DNA from: Thecamonas trahens ATCC 50062
Taxonomy: Eukaryota; Protista; Apusomonadida
Direction: 5' to 3'
NCBI RefSeq assembly: GCF_000142905.1
Contig: NW_013657641.1
Span: 130,907-194,906, forward strand
DNA: 64,000 bases
Within the stretch, counting starts at the first letter, position 1; each line of letters begins with the position of its first letter. The notes beneath the pieces were generated by a model. It saw nothing but the letters and a program-made list of their open reading frames with translations, did not search any database and was not told where the DNA came from. Made by a program: the position numbers and the translations under genes. Shown piece by piece: positions 12,423 through 22,958 of the stretch.

Positions 12423-13718
12423 ATGGCAGACCACCTTACACTCGAGCGTATAGGGCAGGACTCTGCGGTAGAGCTGTTGTCCGAGACAGGGACGGCGTCG
12501 GGCGCGTTGGCCAGGTCCGGCTCGGGCAGGTCGGTCTCGGCGTCGTCGGCCGCGGGTGCGTTGGCCGGCGCCGGATCGACGTCGCGCGGGGACGACGGCA
12601 GCAGAAGCGGGTCGGCCGGATCGCAGGGTGGAAGCAGGTCCGAAAAGAAGCGGCACAAGCGGCGGGGAAAGGAGAAGAGCAAATACAAGCACAGAGGCAA
12701 GAGCAAGAGCAAGAGCAAGGCCAAGAGTAAGGACCGCTCGTCGAGATCATCGCGCTCGTCGCGGTCGAGGTCCAAGGCCAGGGAGAAGGAGTCAAGTGGA
12801 AGCGGGCTGACCGCAGGCAGAAAGGCCTCTTCGTCGCAGCTCGACTTTGATCTTGGCGGCGGCGGTGGGCGCGGCCAGGGGCTGTCGTCGTCGGCGGCGC
12901 GGGCTGAGCTGGACATGCTCCCGTTCACGGTGCTCCGTGAGGCAGACGTGACGGTCATCGAGGCGATTGATGCCGGCGCGTTTGGCATGGTGGCGCGCGG
13001 GATGTACGGTGGACGCGAGGTGGCGGTCAAGAGCCTGCTCAACGAGGACCCGAGCCACGCCGAGCTCGACGAGTTCTTTAACGAGGTTGCAGTGATGGCG
13101 CGGGTGTCGCACCCAAACGTGGTCGAGTTCATCGGCGCCGTGGTTGACCTTCCGGTCATGATTGTGACCGAGTTCTGTGCCGGCGGCGATCTCTCGGGTC
13201 TGCTGTTTGGCCCGGAGGCACGCGCGTTTGACGAGCTCGAGCTTGTGCGCGGCATTGCGAGCGGCATGGCTGCTCTGCATGCTGCCAAAGTGGTTCACCG
13301 CGACCTCAAGCCAAAGAACGTGCTCCTCACGGCAGACCTTGTGCCCAAGATTGCCGACTTTGGCTTTGCCAAGACGCGCGAGACCATGTCGCGGCGGGCG
13401 GAGCAGTCGATTGTGGGCTCGCCGTTCTACGTCGCACCCGAGGTGGTAGCGAGCGGGTGCTACTCGTCGCGGTGCGACGTCTTTTCTTACGCCTCGGTAG
13501 TGTGGACGGTCTACGCCAAGACCGAGCCGTTCTCCCAACATGCCTTCTCCTCCATGATGGACATGCTCACCGGAATCTGCGAGCACGGCATCCGGGCCGG
13601 CCCGATCTCGCGCGACTGGCACATCCTCATCCAGGCCGTCATCGAGCGCGGATGGAACGCCGACGCCGACGCCCGTCCTTCATTTGACGAGATCGTCCAA
13701 GTCCTGAACGCCATCTGA
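12423..13718 (+). CDS. TKL-group Ser/Thr protein kinase with a Ser/Lys/Arg-rich N-terminus
   Basis: IDAGAFGMV, VAVK, HPNVVEFIGA, HRDLKPKN, DFG, GSPFYVAPE and RPSF motifs. The start may lie further 5' (gap). Confidence 0.92.
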   Translation: MADHLTLERIGQDSAVELLSETGTASGALARSGSGRSVSASSAAGALAGAGSTSRGDDGSRSGSAGSQGGSRSEKKRHKRRGKEKSKYKHRGKSKSKSKAKSKDRSSRSSRSSRSRSKAREKESSGSGLTAGRKASSSQLDFDLGGGGGRGQGLSSSAARAELDMLPFTVLREADVTVIEAIDAGAFGMVARGMYGGREVAVKSLLNEDPSHAELDEFFNEVAVMARVSHPNVVEFIGAVVDLPVMIVTEFCAGGDLSGLLFGPEARAFDELELVRGIASGMAALHAAKVVHRDLKPKNVLLTADLVPKIADFGFAKTRETMSRRAEQSIVGSPFYVAPEVVASGCYSSRCDVFSYASVVWTVYAKTEPFSQHAFSSMMDMLTGICEHGIRAGPISRDWHILIQAVIERGWNADADARPSFDEIVQVLNAI

Positions 13719-14040
13719 CGCAACTCCCATACCACTACCACTATTCCTTCTTTGCTCTCCCCCTTCCCGACCCCCTCCCGCGGCGGTCTCCCGTCTCATG
13801 TCGCCGATCTCTCCGCTCTCGACTCGTCTCAACCATCACATGACAAGATCTTGAACCATCCCCTCCCCCCCCCCCCCTCCCCCCCCCTCCCCCTTCTCCC
13901 CTTGTCGTCGTCATGCCACACCGTGTGTTCCCCGGCTTCCACACTTTGCGCGCCTGCCAATGCCAGACCCCCCCTTCCCCCCCTCTCCTACCACTCCCTA
14001 CCACTCTTCACCACCACTTCTCCCCCCCCCCCCCCGGGCC

Positions 14041-16359
14041 ATGCAGGGGCGTATCAATCTTCAGTATGTGTCATGTGCATGTGTGGAAGTCAGCAGGAAG
14101 GGGGGAGGGGAGAAGGGGAGGAGGGGGAGGGGGTCACCTCTTGGCGCGTGACTGACAGAGCCATTGGTCTGGCATGGGCACACGGACACGGGGGGGGGGG
14201 CGCTCTGGATGCGGTTGTGACTGTGTGTGTGACTGTGTGTGTGTGTGTGACTGTAACTGTGTGTGTGTGTGTGTGTGTGTGTGACTGTGTGTGTGCGTGT
14301 GTGTGCACTGCTGTCGTCGTTGTTGTGGTGTGGCTGTCTGCCTGTCTCTCGTGGCTGTGTGTGGGCATGGTTATGACATCAACATCTGCATGTGCTGCTC
14401 GCCATGTCTCTTCGCAATCGCTATGGCCTCCTCCTCACCATCGCTGCTATCTTCCCGTGCCACACCCTCGTCTCTCCACCCTGCCAGAGATGAGGTCGAT
14501 CGCGTCCTCGGTGGTGGCCCGCTCGGCATGAATGTCGACCAGGCCAAGAGCATCTGCCTCCGAGAGGGCCTCACCGTCTCGCCCGTCCGGTCGCTGGTGT
14601 GGATGCTCGCGCTCGGCGTCCTCGACCCGGCGCAGACTGACAAGTGGCCGAACCAGGCTCGGGCCTGGCGCAAGAGCTACGCTCGCAAGAAGCGCAAGTT
14701 GCTGGTCAATCCAAACAAGGCCAAGTCCAAGACGTCCGACAACCCACTCGCCGACGACAAGGACTCGCTGTGGACCGTCTACTTTGCCAACGAAGAGCTG
14801 CGCGAGGAGATCAAGCGCGATCTGACCCGTACGTACCCAGAGATGGAGTTCTTCCACTCGGACCGCATCCAAGGCCTGCTCCTCGATGCGCTCTTTGTGT
14901 ACGCCAAGACCTACCCGGATCCGTCGTACCGCCAGGGCATGCACGAGCTCCTCGCCCCGCTTGTCTACGTCCTCGCCCACAACCGCGACCGCGACGCCGT
15001 CACCGTCCCCGACTGGCTCGACCCGATCTACGCCACCTCGGACGCCGCTCTCGAGGCCGACGCCTACCAGCTCTTCCACATCATCATGGACACTGCTCGC
15101 CCGTGGTTTGCCGTCACCAATGCCCCGCGCGGCACTATTCCGCCGCCTTCGCCCATTGTCCTCAAGTGCCAGAACCTACAGGATGGCATGCTCAAGCGCG
15201 TCGACCGCGAGCTGTACGACCACCTCGTCGACGTCGGCGTCGAGCCGCAGCTCTACGCCCTCCGCTGGGCCCGCCTTCTCCTCGGCCGCGAGTTCCACCT
15301 CGACGACCTCGTCATCGTCTGGGACGGCCTCTTTGCTCATTCGCCCGACCTTGCCCTACTCGACCACATCTGCGTCGCTATGCTCGTCTACCTCCGCGAC
15401 CAGCTCCTCGAGTCCGACTACGTCTACACCCTCCGCCGTCTCATGAAGTTCCCTCCGGTCGAAGACGTTCGCTGCTTTGTCGAGCAAGGCCTCGCTCTCG
15501 CCACCTCCAAGACCCCGCTCCGCTCGCGCTCAAAGGCCGAGATCGATGCTGCTGCTGCTGCTGCTGCCACCGCCCGTCGCGACGCAGACCGCGCCGCGGA
15601 CCCGCTCTCTGGCCGCTCCCACGCCCGCGGCGGCGCCTCCACTTTTGCCAAGTCCATCATCGCCACCGCCCACGGCGGTGCCTCGCCGGCACCTGTCATC
15701 GGCGCGTCGTCCTCGTCGCCGCGCCGCCGCCGCCGCCGCAACGGCAACTCGTCGTCCTCGCCGGCCCCAAACACCGACAACGACGCCCTGCAGCGCGTCT
15801 CGGATCACGTCTCTGACCTCCTCGCAACCAACCACCAGCTCGGCACAAAACTCACCGATCTTGTGGCCGTCCTCCAAGGCGAGGTCCACACCAAGGAGCC
15901 GCCCTCGCGCGAGACCCTCTACATGGCCATTGCAGGCCTGAAACAGATCAAGGATGTCCTTCTCGGCAACCTGCCCTATTCGCCCGACGCCCCGCTCGAC
16001 ATTGTCGTCCCGCCTGCCCGCCACGACATCAACTACACGGAGCCCGATGACGTCGACGCCGCCGACGTCGACATCGAGCCAGCCCCTTCCGAGCCCGCTC
16101 CTTCCGACCCCGCCGCTCCTTCCGAGCCCGCCGCTCCTTCCGAGCCCGCCACCTCTGAGCCCGACACCGCCCCACCGCTACCGCCGCCAGTCCTGGTCTC
16201 GCTACGCCCGCTTCCAAACCGACGTCCGACATCGACGCTGCCTCGGTACTGCAGGATCTCATCGGCGATGTCTCGTCGCCAATCGGCTCCAAGCTCTCGG
16301 TCTTTGGCGACGTCGACGACGAGTTTGGCGACCCAGACTCGCTCTTTGACAATTTGTAG
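14041..16359 (+). CDS. TBC1D5: TBC-domain RabGAP, TBC1D5-like
   Basis: RSLVWMLALGVL, DNPL..W..YF, IKRDLTRT, YRQGMHELLAP, LRWARLLLGREF and LMKFPPVED. Exon 1 MQGRINLQ; intron 14064-14487 (GTATGT...CAG). A frameshift at the C-run near 16170 leads to ...DDEFGDPDSLFDNL* with TAG at 16357-16359. Confidence 0.85.
14217..14305. repeat. Imperfect (GT)n/GTGACT microsatellite inside the TBC1D5 intron
   Basis: Seen directly in the sequence. Confidence 0.9.
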
Positions 16360-16384
16360 CTCACTGACCATCATCTGCAGCTCT

Positions 16385-18880
16385 TTACTCGTCGGCCTCG
16401 TTGTCACCGTCGCACGTCATCATCGCCGCATACGTGGCACGGAGCGCGGCGAAGGCTTCAACCCAGGCATCGCGCTCCGATTCGGATGAGCACTCGAGGT
16501 CGAGCGTGCGCGACTCGGTAACGAGCGAGAAGCACAGGTGCTCGAGCTCTTCCTTGCCGTGCTTGAGGAAGACCTTGGTGTGGAAGCCGGCGACGACGGC
16601 TTCGAGCGCAGTGACTGGAATACGATTGCGGTCGGCGTGCTTCTTGGAGCCGACCTCCTTGACCACGATCTCGCCCTCGTCGAGGTCGACCGAGACGTGC
16701 CGCTTCTGGCGGCTGTTCGTAAAGAGCTTCTTCGACATCTTGTACTTGTAGAAGACCGCCCCGGCCGCCAGCCGGTTCATCATCTGAGACAGCGAGCTCG
16801 CATCCGACTCGGACGTCGTCGGCGCAAGCCCGGCCTCTTCGGCCGCAGCCACGGTCGTGTCGCGGACGCCCGAGATCTCGCCGACCACCTCTGCAAGGCG
16901 GTTGACAAAGTCGAGGCTCACGCCCGAAGCAGCATCACGACTTGCATCCGACTCGGAGTCGCTGAGCGCACCGGCAAGCGTCTGCAGGGCATCACTGGCC
17001 CGGTCCAGGAAGGTGTGGATGTGGGCGAGCGTCCGGCCGACCGATGCGTCGATACCCGGCACCACAGGCAGCGGGAACGTCCGCTCGTTGGATGCTGCAA
17101 GCTCGCTCGAAATGGAATCGAGAAACTCGCCCATGTACGGCATCTGCTCCTCAATGAGCGAGTTCATCCGGTCCATGTAAGGCTCCTTCTTTCCAAACAT
17201 TACCATGTTGGACAAGTTCTGCAGCGTCTTGGTCACCAGCGTTTGCGCCCTCCGCTGCGACGGTGACGGGTGGTTGATCTCATCGAGGCCCATGACCGCC
17301 GGCGTGAGCATGGCTGGATTGACAAAGCGGAGGAAGAAGAACCCACCGACCGCCGTTGTCTGCACATGCTCGTCGTCGGGCCACGCGGAGCCCACCAGGG
17401 CGCGGAGTTCAGAAAAGACCCGCTTCATCGAATGCGGGATGGTGTTGCCCGAGGTGAGGAGGACGGCAATGGTCTTGGCCATCACCACATGCAGGTTCTG
17501 CCAGTGCGCCTCAAGGTCGTCGTCGGCATCGAGCCGGTTCGGGTCTACCTCTAGCGGCATGTCCGACGCGCGAAGCTCCTCGATGAGCGGCACAATGATC
17601 GTCCGCAGGTAGCTCTGTCCGGCATCCTTCATAAAGTTGCGTACCAGCTTGGTCACAATCGTGTTTGACCGGAAGAGCGTGCCCGCTGATGCCGTCGTTG
17701 CCACAGCCTCCGCCATCAGTACCTTGAGCAGCGCCACCGCGAGGTCGTGGTGCCGGTAGAAGGCATACACCTCGCGCGCAAGGAGCTCCGACTGGTTGCC
17801 CAGCGTCCGCAGCACACTCACAAACGCCCCCGGCTCCTCCACCATCAGCGCTTGCAGGCCCATGTACACGCTCGCATCCATCACATACACCTGATCGAGC
17901 TTGTAGGTCATAAACATCGAGCCGACCGCCGACGCCGAAAGGCCTTCTGAAATGAGCTCGTTCTGCGGCGATCGCGGCGCCGACGCCGACGCCGACGACG
18001 AGTTGACCCCGTCGCCGCCGCCAGCCCCGCACTCGGACGCATGACCGCCGAGGACCACCACCGAGCCGTCGGCGACATCGGCCTCGTCGGCCATGCCCGA
18101 CCCGCTCACAATCGCCGGGCGCCCATGGAGAAGCCACCACCGGATGCTGCGCTTGCCCGGGGTGAGGTCGCGGAAAAGACCTTGACCTGGCCCATAAAGT
18201 CGTCAGCAGACGCCAGGTCCCAGTCCCAGAACGAAAGCGTCAGCGACCGCGGTGAGCTCTTCTTGATCTTGAGCTCAAAGGTGGTGTTGTACACCGGGTT
18301 GAGCGTCATCTTTTGCACCTCGGACTGCTTCTTCACCTTGCCGAACACAAGCTTGACATATGGGTCCGAGAGCCCGTTGGTGTCCTGCGCTGCCAGGTCC
18401 ACCGCCCGCGCCACCGTTACCGAGATCTTACATGCCTCGGGCTCGTACAGAATGTCCAGCAGGACCTCGCCGGTGACAAGCACCCCATCCGACATGGGAT
18501 TTCGGTAGATGGGGAACCAGTCCTTGACCTCGGGACTCGCCATCATAGCCCGCTCGCTCAGCAGCAGCTCGCCAAGGTAAGTTGGCCGATGCTTGTTCGA
18601 AAACGCATCCCACACAATGATCCGAATCCGCTCAAAGTCGCCGTTGAGAGAAAACTCAAAGTCGGCGTCAAAAGCCGGTGCGCCCGGATCGGTCCGACTC
18701 TTGGCGAGTTCCGTCCGGGAAGTTTGGCCATCCCCTGTCCTCACCAACCACATTTCCACAATTGAACCATCTACACACCTTGTCTTTCTCGCAGCCCCCA
18801 CCCCCCCCCCCCCCCTTCTCCCTTTCACCTGTCATAGGACCCACAGCAGCCAGCCCGGATATCCGGCTGCCCGCGAGCAT
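16385..18880 (-). CDS. GAP1-family RasGAP (C2-C2-RasGAP-PH)
   Basis: C2 motif DLAAQDTNGLSDPYV...FWDWDLASADDFMG, arginine finger LFRSNT, FFLRFVNPA, and a PH domain (RTLDLECSSESERDAWV). A frameshift at the T4 run 18174-18177 joins the ORFs (..KVFFRDLTPGKRSIRWWLL..). The start is uncertain (18880 via a possible intron, or near 18753). Confidence 0.88.
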
Positions 18881-20217
18881 CTCGGGAGTTCGCTGCCAGT
18901 CCCGGCTCGGCTCTCGCGGGCGGTGCAGTAGACATCGAGCGCGAGGAGATCAAGTCCCAGATGCGGGCCTGCGGTCGAGGTGCCCGCCACAGCGGCGAGG
19001 GCATCCACGAGGCCGGCGGCATCATCGCCGCGACCGAGTCGGCCCAGGGCTCTCCAGAGGAGGATAGCACGCTCGCGCGGTCTCCTCACAAGTAGAGGAT
19101 TGAACCACGTTGCCTCAAACGACGCCGGCGCGGTGCGGAGGAGGGCAACCGCTGCGGCAACCGCGTCGTAACCGACCGCTGTCGGTGCCATCGTCGCCAT
19201 CGCTGCCCGCACGTATGGACCCATGTCGACCGATCCAGCGTTGCGCGAGCCCGATCGTGCGTGTTGCCGATAGTCCAGCGTGTTGCCCTCGATGCACTCG
19301 AGTGCGACATCGGCCACCTCTTGCACCGCCCACCAGTAAATCCAGTCCTCTAGTGAGGGAAGGAGCTCGTTGTAGCCGCCGGCGGCTTGCCACAGCGTGC
19401 GATGAACAAGTGCATGCGACGGGACCGAGTTGGCCGCATAGATGCCGCCCGCCGAGTACGGCTCACACCGCCAGCGATGATCGATGCCTAGCTCGTCGAC
19501 CCAGCCCGTCTCCCCCACCAGCACATGCCCACCAAGCACCACATTCGTCTGCTTCGACTCTGCTTCGCCCTCCAGCAAGCTCCCCGCCACCGCCTCCACA
19601 TACCGCCCGATGGTGCCCTCGGGCAGCATGTCGTCGCCGTCGAGGCAGAGTAGCCACTCGCCCGCGGCCAGCGCAGCACCCATGTTGCGGCCGCAGGCAG
19701 GGCTTCCGCAGGAAAGACCGCGTGGAACAACGACGACGTTGGCATAGCCTGCTGCCTTGAGCGCCTCGACGGAGCCATCCAGCTCGGCAGCCGTCCCGTC
19801 GTCCGAGCCGTCGTCGACGAAAATGACTTCGCAGCCGATGCCCGCCTGCCCGCCCGGCGCCGCGCTCGTCGCGCGCAAGCCACCGACTCTCTGGCCCACT
19901 AGTGAGGCGATCAGCTCGCTGATCTCGGTCTCACTCGCATCTGTGTTGGACGGCTGGTTGTTGTTGTGGGTGGTGATGACGATCGAGATGAGCGGTCGAC
20001 TGCCACTCGCGCCCGAGACCGAGTCCGTGGCAGCTGCAGACGCTTTAAGCGCCCGTGCTAAGTGCGCGTTGACCCTACTCACGCCGCGACTGCCGTGGAG
20101 CGAGCTGAGACCGACGCGGGCATGGGCTTCTTCTTGATCAGCCCATTTACCGGCGAGTAAGATCCAGATGACAACGCAGGCGAGCGCGGCGGCGGCAGTC
20201 CGCGGCGATGGGCTCAT
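18832..20217 (-). CDS. Glycosyltransferase family 2 (GT-A fold) with an N-terminal TM anchor
   Basis: N-terminal ALACVVIWILLA; motifs ISIVIT, VDDGSDD, GRNMG, DxD (LDGDD) and GGYNE..LEDW. Confidence 0.85.
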   Translation of the reverse strand: MSPSPRTAAAALACVVIWILLAGKWADQEEAHARVGLSSLHGSRGVSRVNAHLARALKASAAATDSVSGASGSRPLISIVITTHNNNQPSNTDASETEISELIASLVGQRVGGLRATSAAPGGQAGIGCEVIFVDDGSDDGTAAELDGSVEALKAAGYANVVVVPRGLSCGSPACGRNMGAALAAGEWLLCLDGDDMLPEGTIGRYVEAVAGSLLEGEAESKQTNVVLGGHVLVGETGWVDELGIDHRWRCEPYSAGGIYAANSVPSHALVHRTLWQAAGGYNELLPSLEDWIYWWAVQEVADVALECIEGNTLDYRQHARSGSRNAGSVDMGPYVRAAMATMAPTAVGYDAVAAAVALLRTAPASFEATWFNPLLVRRPRERAILLWRALGRLGRGDDAAGLVDALAAVAGTSTAGPHLGLDLLALDVYCTARESRAGTGSELPRCSRAAGYPGWLLWVL

Positions 20218-20254
20218 ACCAAGTCGAGTGGGTGCTCGAGACGAAAATTTACGG

Positions 20255-22822
20255 CTATCTGCGAGCAAACGAGAGCTTTGGCTTTTTGCGAAAGAGCGAC
20301 TTGACCGATGACGAGAAGCCCGACGTGGCCGAGCCTGATCCGGAGGCTGCGGCACGGGCGGCATCGGCGGCGGCGCCAGTGGCGAGGGTTTCCGAGGTGA
20401 GGACACCTGCGGCGGCAAACGTCCGCGAAATCGACTGGAGATACTGCATCTGTGCGCCGAGGCCTTCGGCGACGATCTGGGCCGGCGCGGTCAGCTCGAG
20501 GCTCTCGATATCACGTGTGCCCGAAAACGTGAGTCGGAGCATGTACCGCGAGCTGTCAGAGTTCGGCTCGCCGTGGACGCTCACCAGGTCAGCGAGACCG
20601 AGCTCAAGCACAATCTCGGGCGCGCGGAAATCGGCGTCCGAGCCGGCGTACGCCGCAAAGCCGAGGCCGGTCGGAGTGAGGAGCAAAACAGCGGTCCGCC
20701 CCGCGGCGTCGCTCAGCTCCCAGCCTTGGACGCTGCCAAGCGAGGAGCCCAGCAGCGTGCAGGCGCCGCGGATGAGGGCGAGCGAGAGCAGCGGCGGCGG
20801 GTCGCCCGGGCGGGCGGCGTTCTCGCCACCGGCGGCGGCCGACGCCGACGCCAATTCGTCGAGCGGGAGCGAGGGGTAGCCGAGCAGCATGTCAATGGCG
20901 GCCTGGCGGTACGAGTCGATGAACGCGCCCTTGTACATGCGTCCGACCGAGGTCATGCCGTCCTTGAGAAGGCCCCTGAGCGAGCGGCCCTTGGACTTGA
21001 GCATGTTGGTCTTCATGGCTCCCGTTCCGGTGTACTGCTTGGCGATGGCGTCGGCGTTTTGCGTCCATGTGTCGTAGAATTTGTCGAGGAACGAGCCCTC
21101 GACGAGCGGGATGTTTGGTGCCGATGCAGCCATCGTCTTACGCATTCCCCGCGGCGACGGCGGCAGTGGCTTGCTCGACGAGTTCCCCGGCAGCCGCGGT
21201 AGCGGCTTGGACGGCGGCGGGACCGTCGAGGCCGGGCGCGGTGGCGGCGACGGATCAGCGAAGGAGGCTCCGGCGGCTCCGGCAGTAGATCCAGAGCTGC
21301 TGCTCAACGTGCCCCACTCGATGCCAATGCGCGCAAGCTGGAGGGCGAGGACGTGCTTGGCGAGGAGCGACTGGACAACATTGGTTCTGTCGAGACAGTC
21401 CATACAGTTGACGCGAATGACTCCGGCTTGTGACGAGCAGAGTGGCAGCTGCGGATCCGGCAGCGCCCAAGTGTAGCCCATTTCGAGCAGGATGCTATCG
21501 AGCGGACCGATGACGTCCGACGGGATGGCGTCAAAGCCGCGGTCATGAAAGTCAAACCAGAGCTGTGCAGCAAGCCAGGATTCGTTGCCTGGGAGCTCAG
21601 CGAGGAGGGTCTCGAACGCGCTGCCGACACCGCCCTCATGGCCGCCCTTGTTGACAAGATTGACAGTGGCGACGCGGCCGTACTCGCGAGTGAGGTCGTC
21701 AAAGTGGTGGCGCATGGCCTCGTACGACTCGAGCAGCGTCCGGGCCAGACGGGCCTTGGGCTTGAGCGAGTCGTCGCCCGGCCCACCCTGAGTCCAGAAC
21801 AGCGGGATGGAGCCACGGAGGAGAACAAAGGAGAAGACGTGGGCCTGGTCGTCGGCGGCGGCGCCGACCCTGTTTGCCGCGTTGACGTGGACAACCTGCT
21901 CGGTCTCGACGGCGTTTGCGACATGGCCGTTGTCGTCGATGCCGCGGCGGTGGTAGCGGACGCCGGCCCGGTTTGTTGACCGCCGCGAGATGAGAGCGAG
22001 GTCGACCCACGCCGAGCCGATCTTGGTGCCAACAACAAAACCGACAAAGCCGTGGATCATGGGCACAATCCAGCGGTCGGCGCCAGCCTCACGAAACACC
22101 GCCGTCGCAGCAAAGTTCCACACCATTTCGGGATGGCACACCTTCCACGAGACCGACCGGTTGGCGCTTGCGTCGCCGGCGTGCGGCTGAAAGCCAAAGC
22201 GGACAGCGGCCTCCAACCGGAGCGAGAGGTCGTAGGTGTGCGAGTAGTACACACCGCCAGACTCGAGGACTTTCTTGACCTCGGCCTCGATGCGCGCGGC
22301 TTGCTTGGTTGAGCCCGAGAAGGCGATCTGCGGCGGACCGACCGGGAGGACGACAACCCGCTCAACAGCATACACGTGATGGGCGCCGAGCAGTGTCCCC
22401 ACATGCTTCGCCTCGGCCACCATGACCAGCAGTGTGTGGAGCGGAGTAGGCACTAGCCCTACCACCGCCAAGCACGTCATGGCCGCCACTCGATTCCCCA
22501 CCTCGGGCCGCTGTTGCAGAACCCGCACACTCCCGTCCTCCCGCGAGACATACACAGCGCAACCGGTGTCGTCATCTTGTGCAGGCCCAGTCGCGGCCGC
22601 ATCATCCCGCGCGGATCCGGTCACGGCAGTATCATGGCTGTGGTCGGCATGCCCGTCGTCAATGGTGTTGTGATGGACATGACTGCTCTGGTCGTCATCG
22701 GCTCTGCCCGGAGTAGCGGCGGCAAGCCCGGTGCTCCCATGCCGACCAGCACGCCCTCTCCGCCTCTCTACGAGTACCACCGCGTTGCTCTCCACATACA
22801 CATCAAACTTGCCAATGAGCAT
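20255..22822 (-). CDS. INPP5F: Sac-domain phosphoinositide phosphatase, SAC2/INPP5F-like
   Basis: ISRRS..RAGVRY..RGIDDNGHVANAVETEQ, RGSIPLFWTQ, CX5R motif RVNCMDCLDRTNVVQ, QYTGTGAMK and RQAAIDMLLG. An hSac2-like C-terminal region with no TM segments argues against SAC1. Confidence 0.8.
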   Translation of the reverse strand: MLIGKFDVYVESNAVVLVERRRGRAGRHGSTGLAAATPGRADDDQSSHVHHNTIDDGHADHSHDTAVTGSARDDAAATGPAQDDDTGCAVYVSREDGSVRVLQQRPEVGNRVAAMTCLAVVGLVPTPLHTLLVMVAEAKHVGTLLGAHHVYAVERVVVLPVGPPQIAFSGSTKQAARIEAEVKKVLESGGVYYSHTYDLSLRLEAAVRFGFQPHAGDASANRSVSWKVCHPEMVWNFAATAVFREAGADRWIVPMIHGFVGFVVGTKIGSAWVDLALISRRSTNRAGVRYHRRGIDDNGHVANAVETEQVVHVNAANRVGAAADDQAHVFSFVLLRGSIPLFWTQGGPGDDSLKPKARLARTLLESYEAMRHHFDDLTREYGRVATVNLVNKGGHEGGVGSAFETLLAELPGNESWLAAQLWFDFHDRGFDAIPSDVIGPLDSILLEMGYTWALPDPQLPLCSSQAGVIRVNCMDCLDRTNVVQSLLAKHVLALQLARIGIEWGTLSSSSGSTAGAAGASFADPSPPPRPASTVPPPSKPLPRLPGNSSSKPLPPSPRGMRKTMAASAPNIPLVEGSFLDKFYDTWTQNADAIAKQYTGTGAMKTNMLKSKGRSLRGLLKDGMTSVGRMYKGAFIDSYRQAAIDMLLGYPSLPLDELASASAAAGGENAARPGDPPPLLSLALIRGACTLLGSSLGSVQGWELSDAAGRTAVLLLTPTGLGFAAYAGSDADFRAPEIVLELGLADLVSVHGEPNSDSSRYMLRLTFSGTRDIESLELTAPAQIVAEGLGAQMQYLQSISRTFAAAGVLTSETLATGAAADAARAAASGSGSATSGFSSSVKSLFRKKPKLSFARR

Positions 22823-22850
22823 GCTGTGAATGGTGGCGGCGTGAGGTGGG

Positions 22851-22895
22851 GGGCGGGGCGAGGCGGGGCGAGGCGGGGCGAGGCGGGGCGAGGCA
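22851..22895. repeat. GGCGGGGCGA tandem repeat (about 4 copies) just upstream of the Sac start
   Basis: Seen directly; resembles a GC box. Confidence 0.8.
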
Positions 22896-22958
22896 GGAGG
22901 TGGACAGGCAGCTGTGGCGACGCTACGAGCGGCGGCTGGCGGCGCGGAGCAGAGGTGT

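Noticed and set aside
10847-13288. 813-aa minus-strand ORF as one protein
   Set aside because: It spans an N gap, and its first half is the antisense of the kinase gene.
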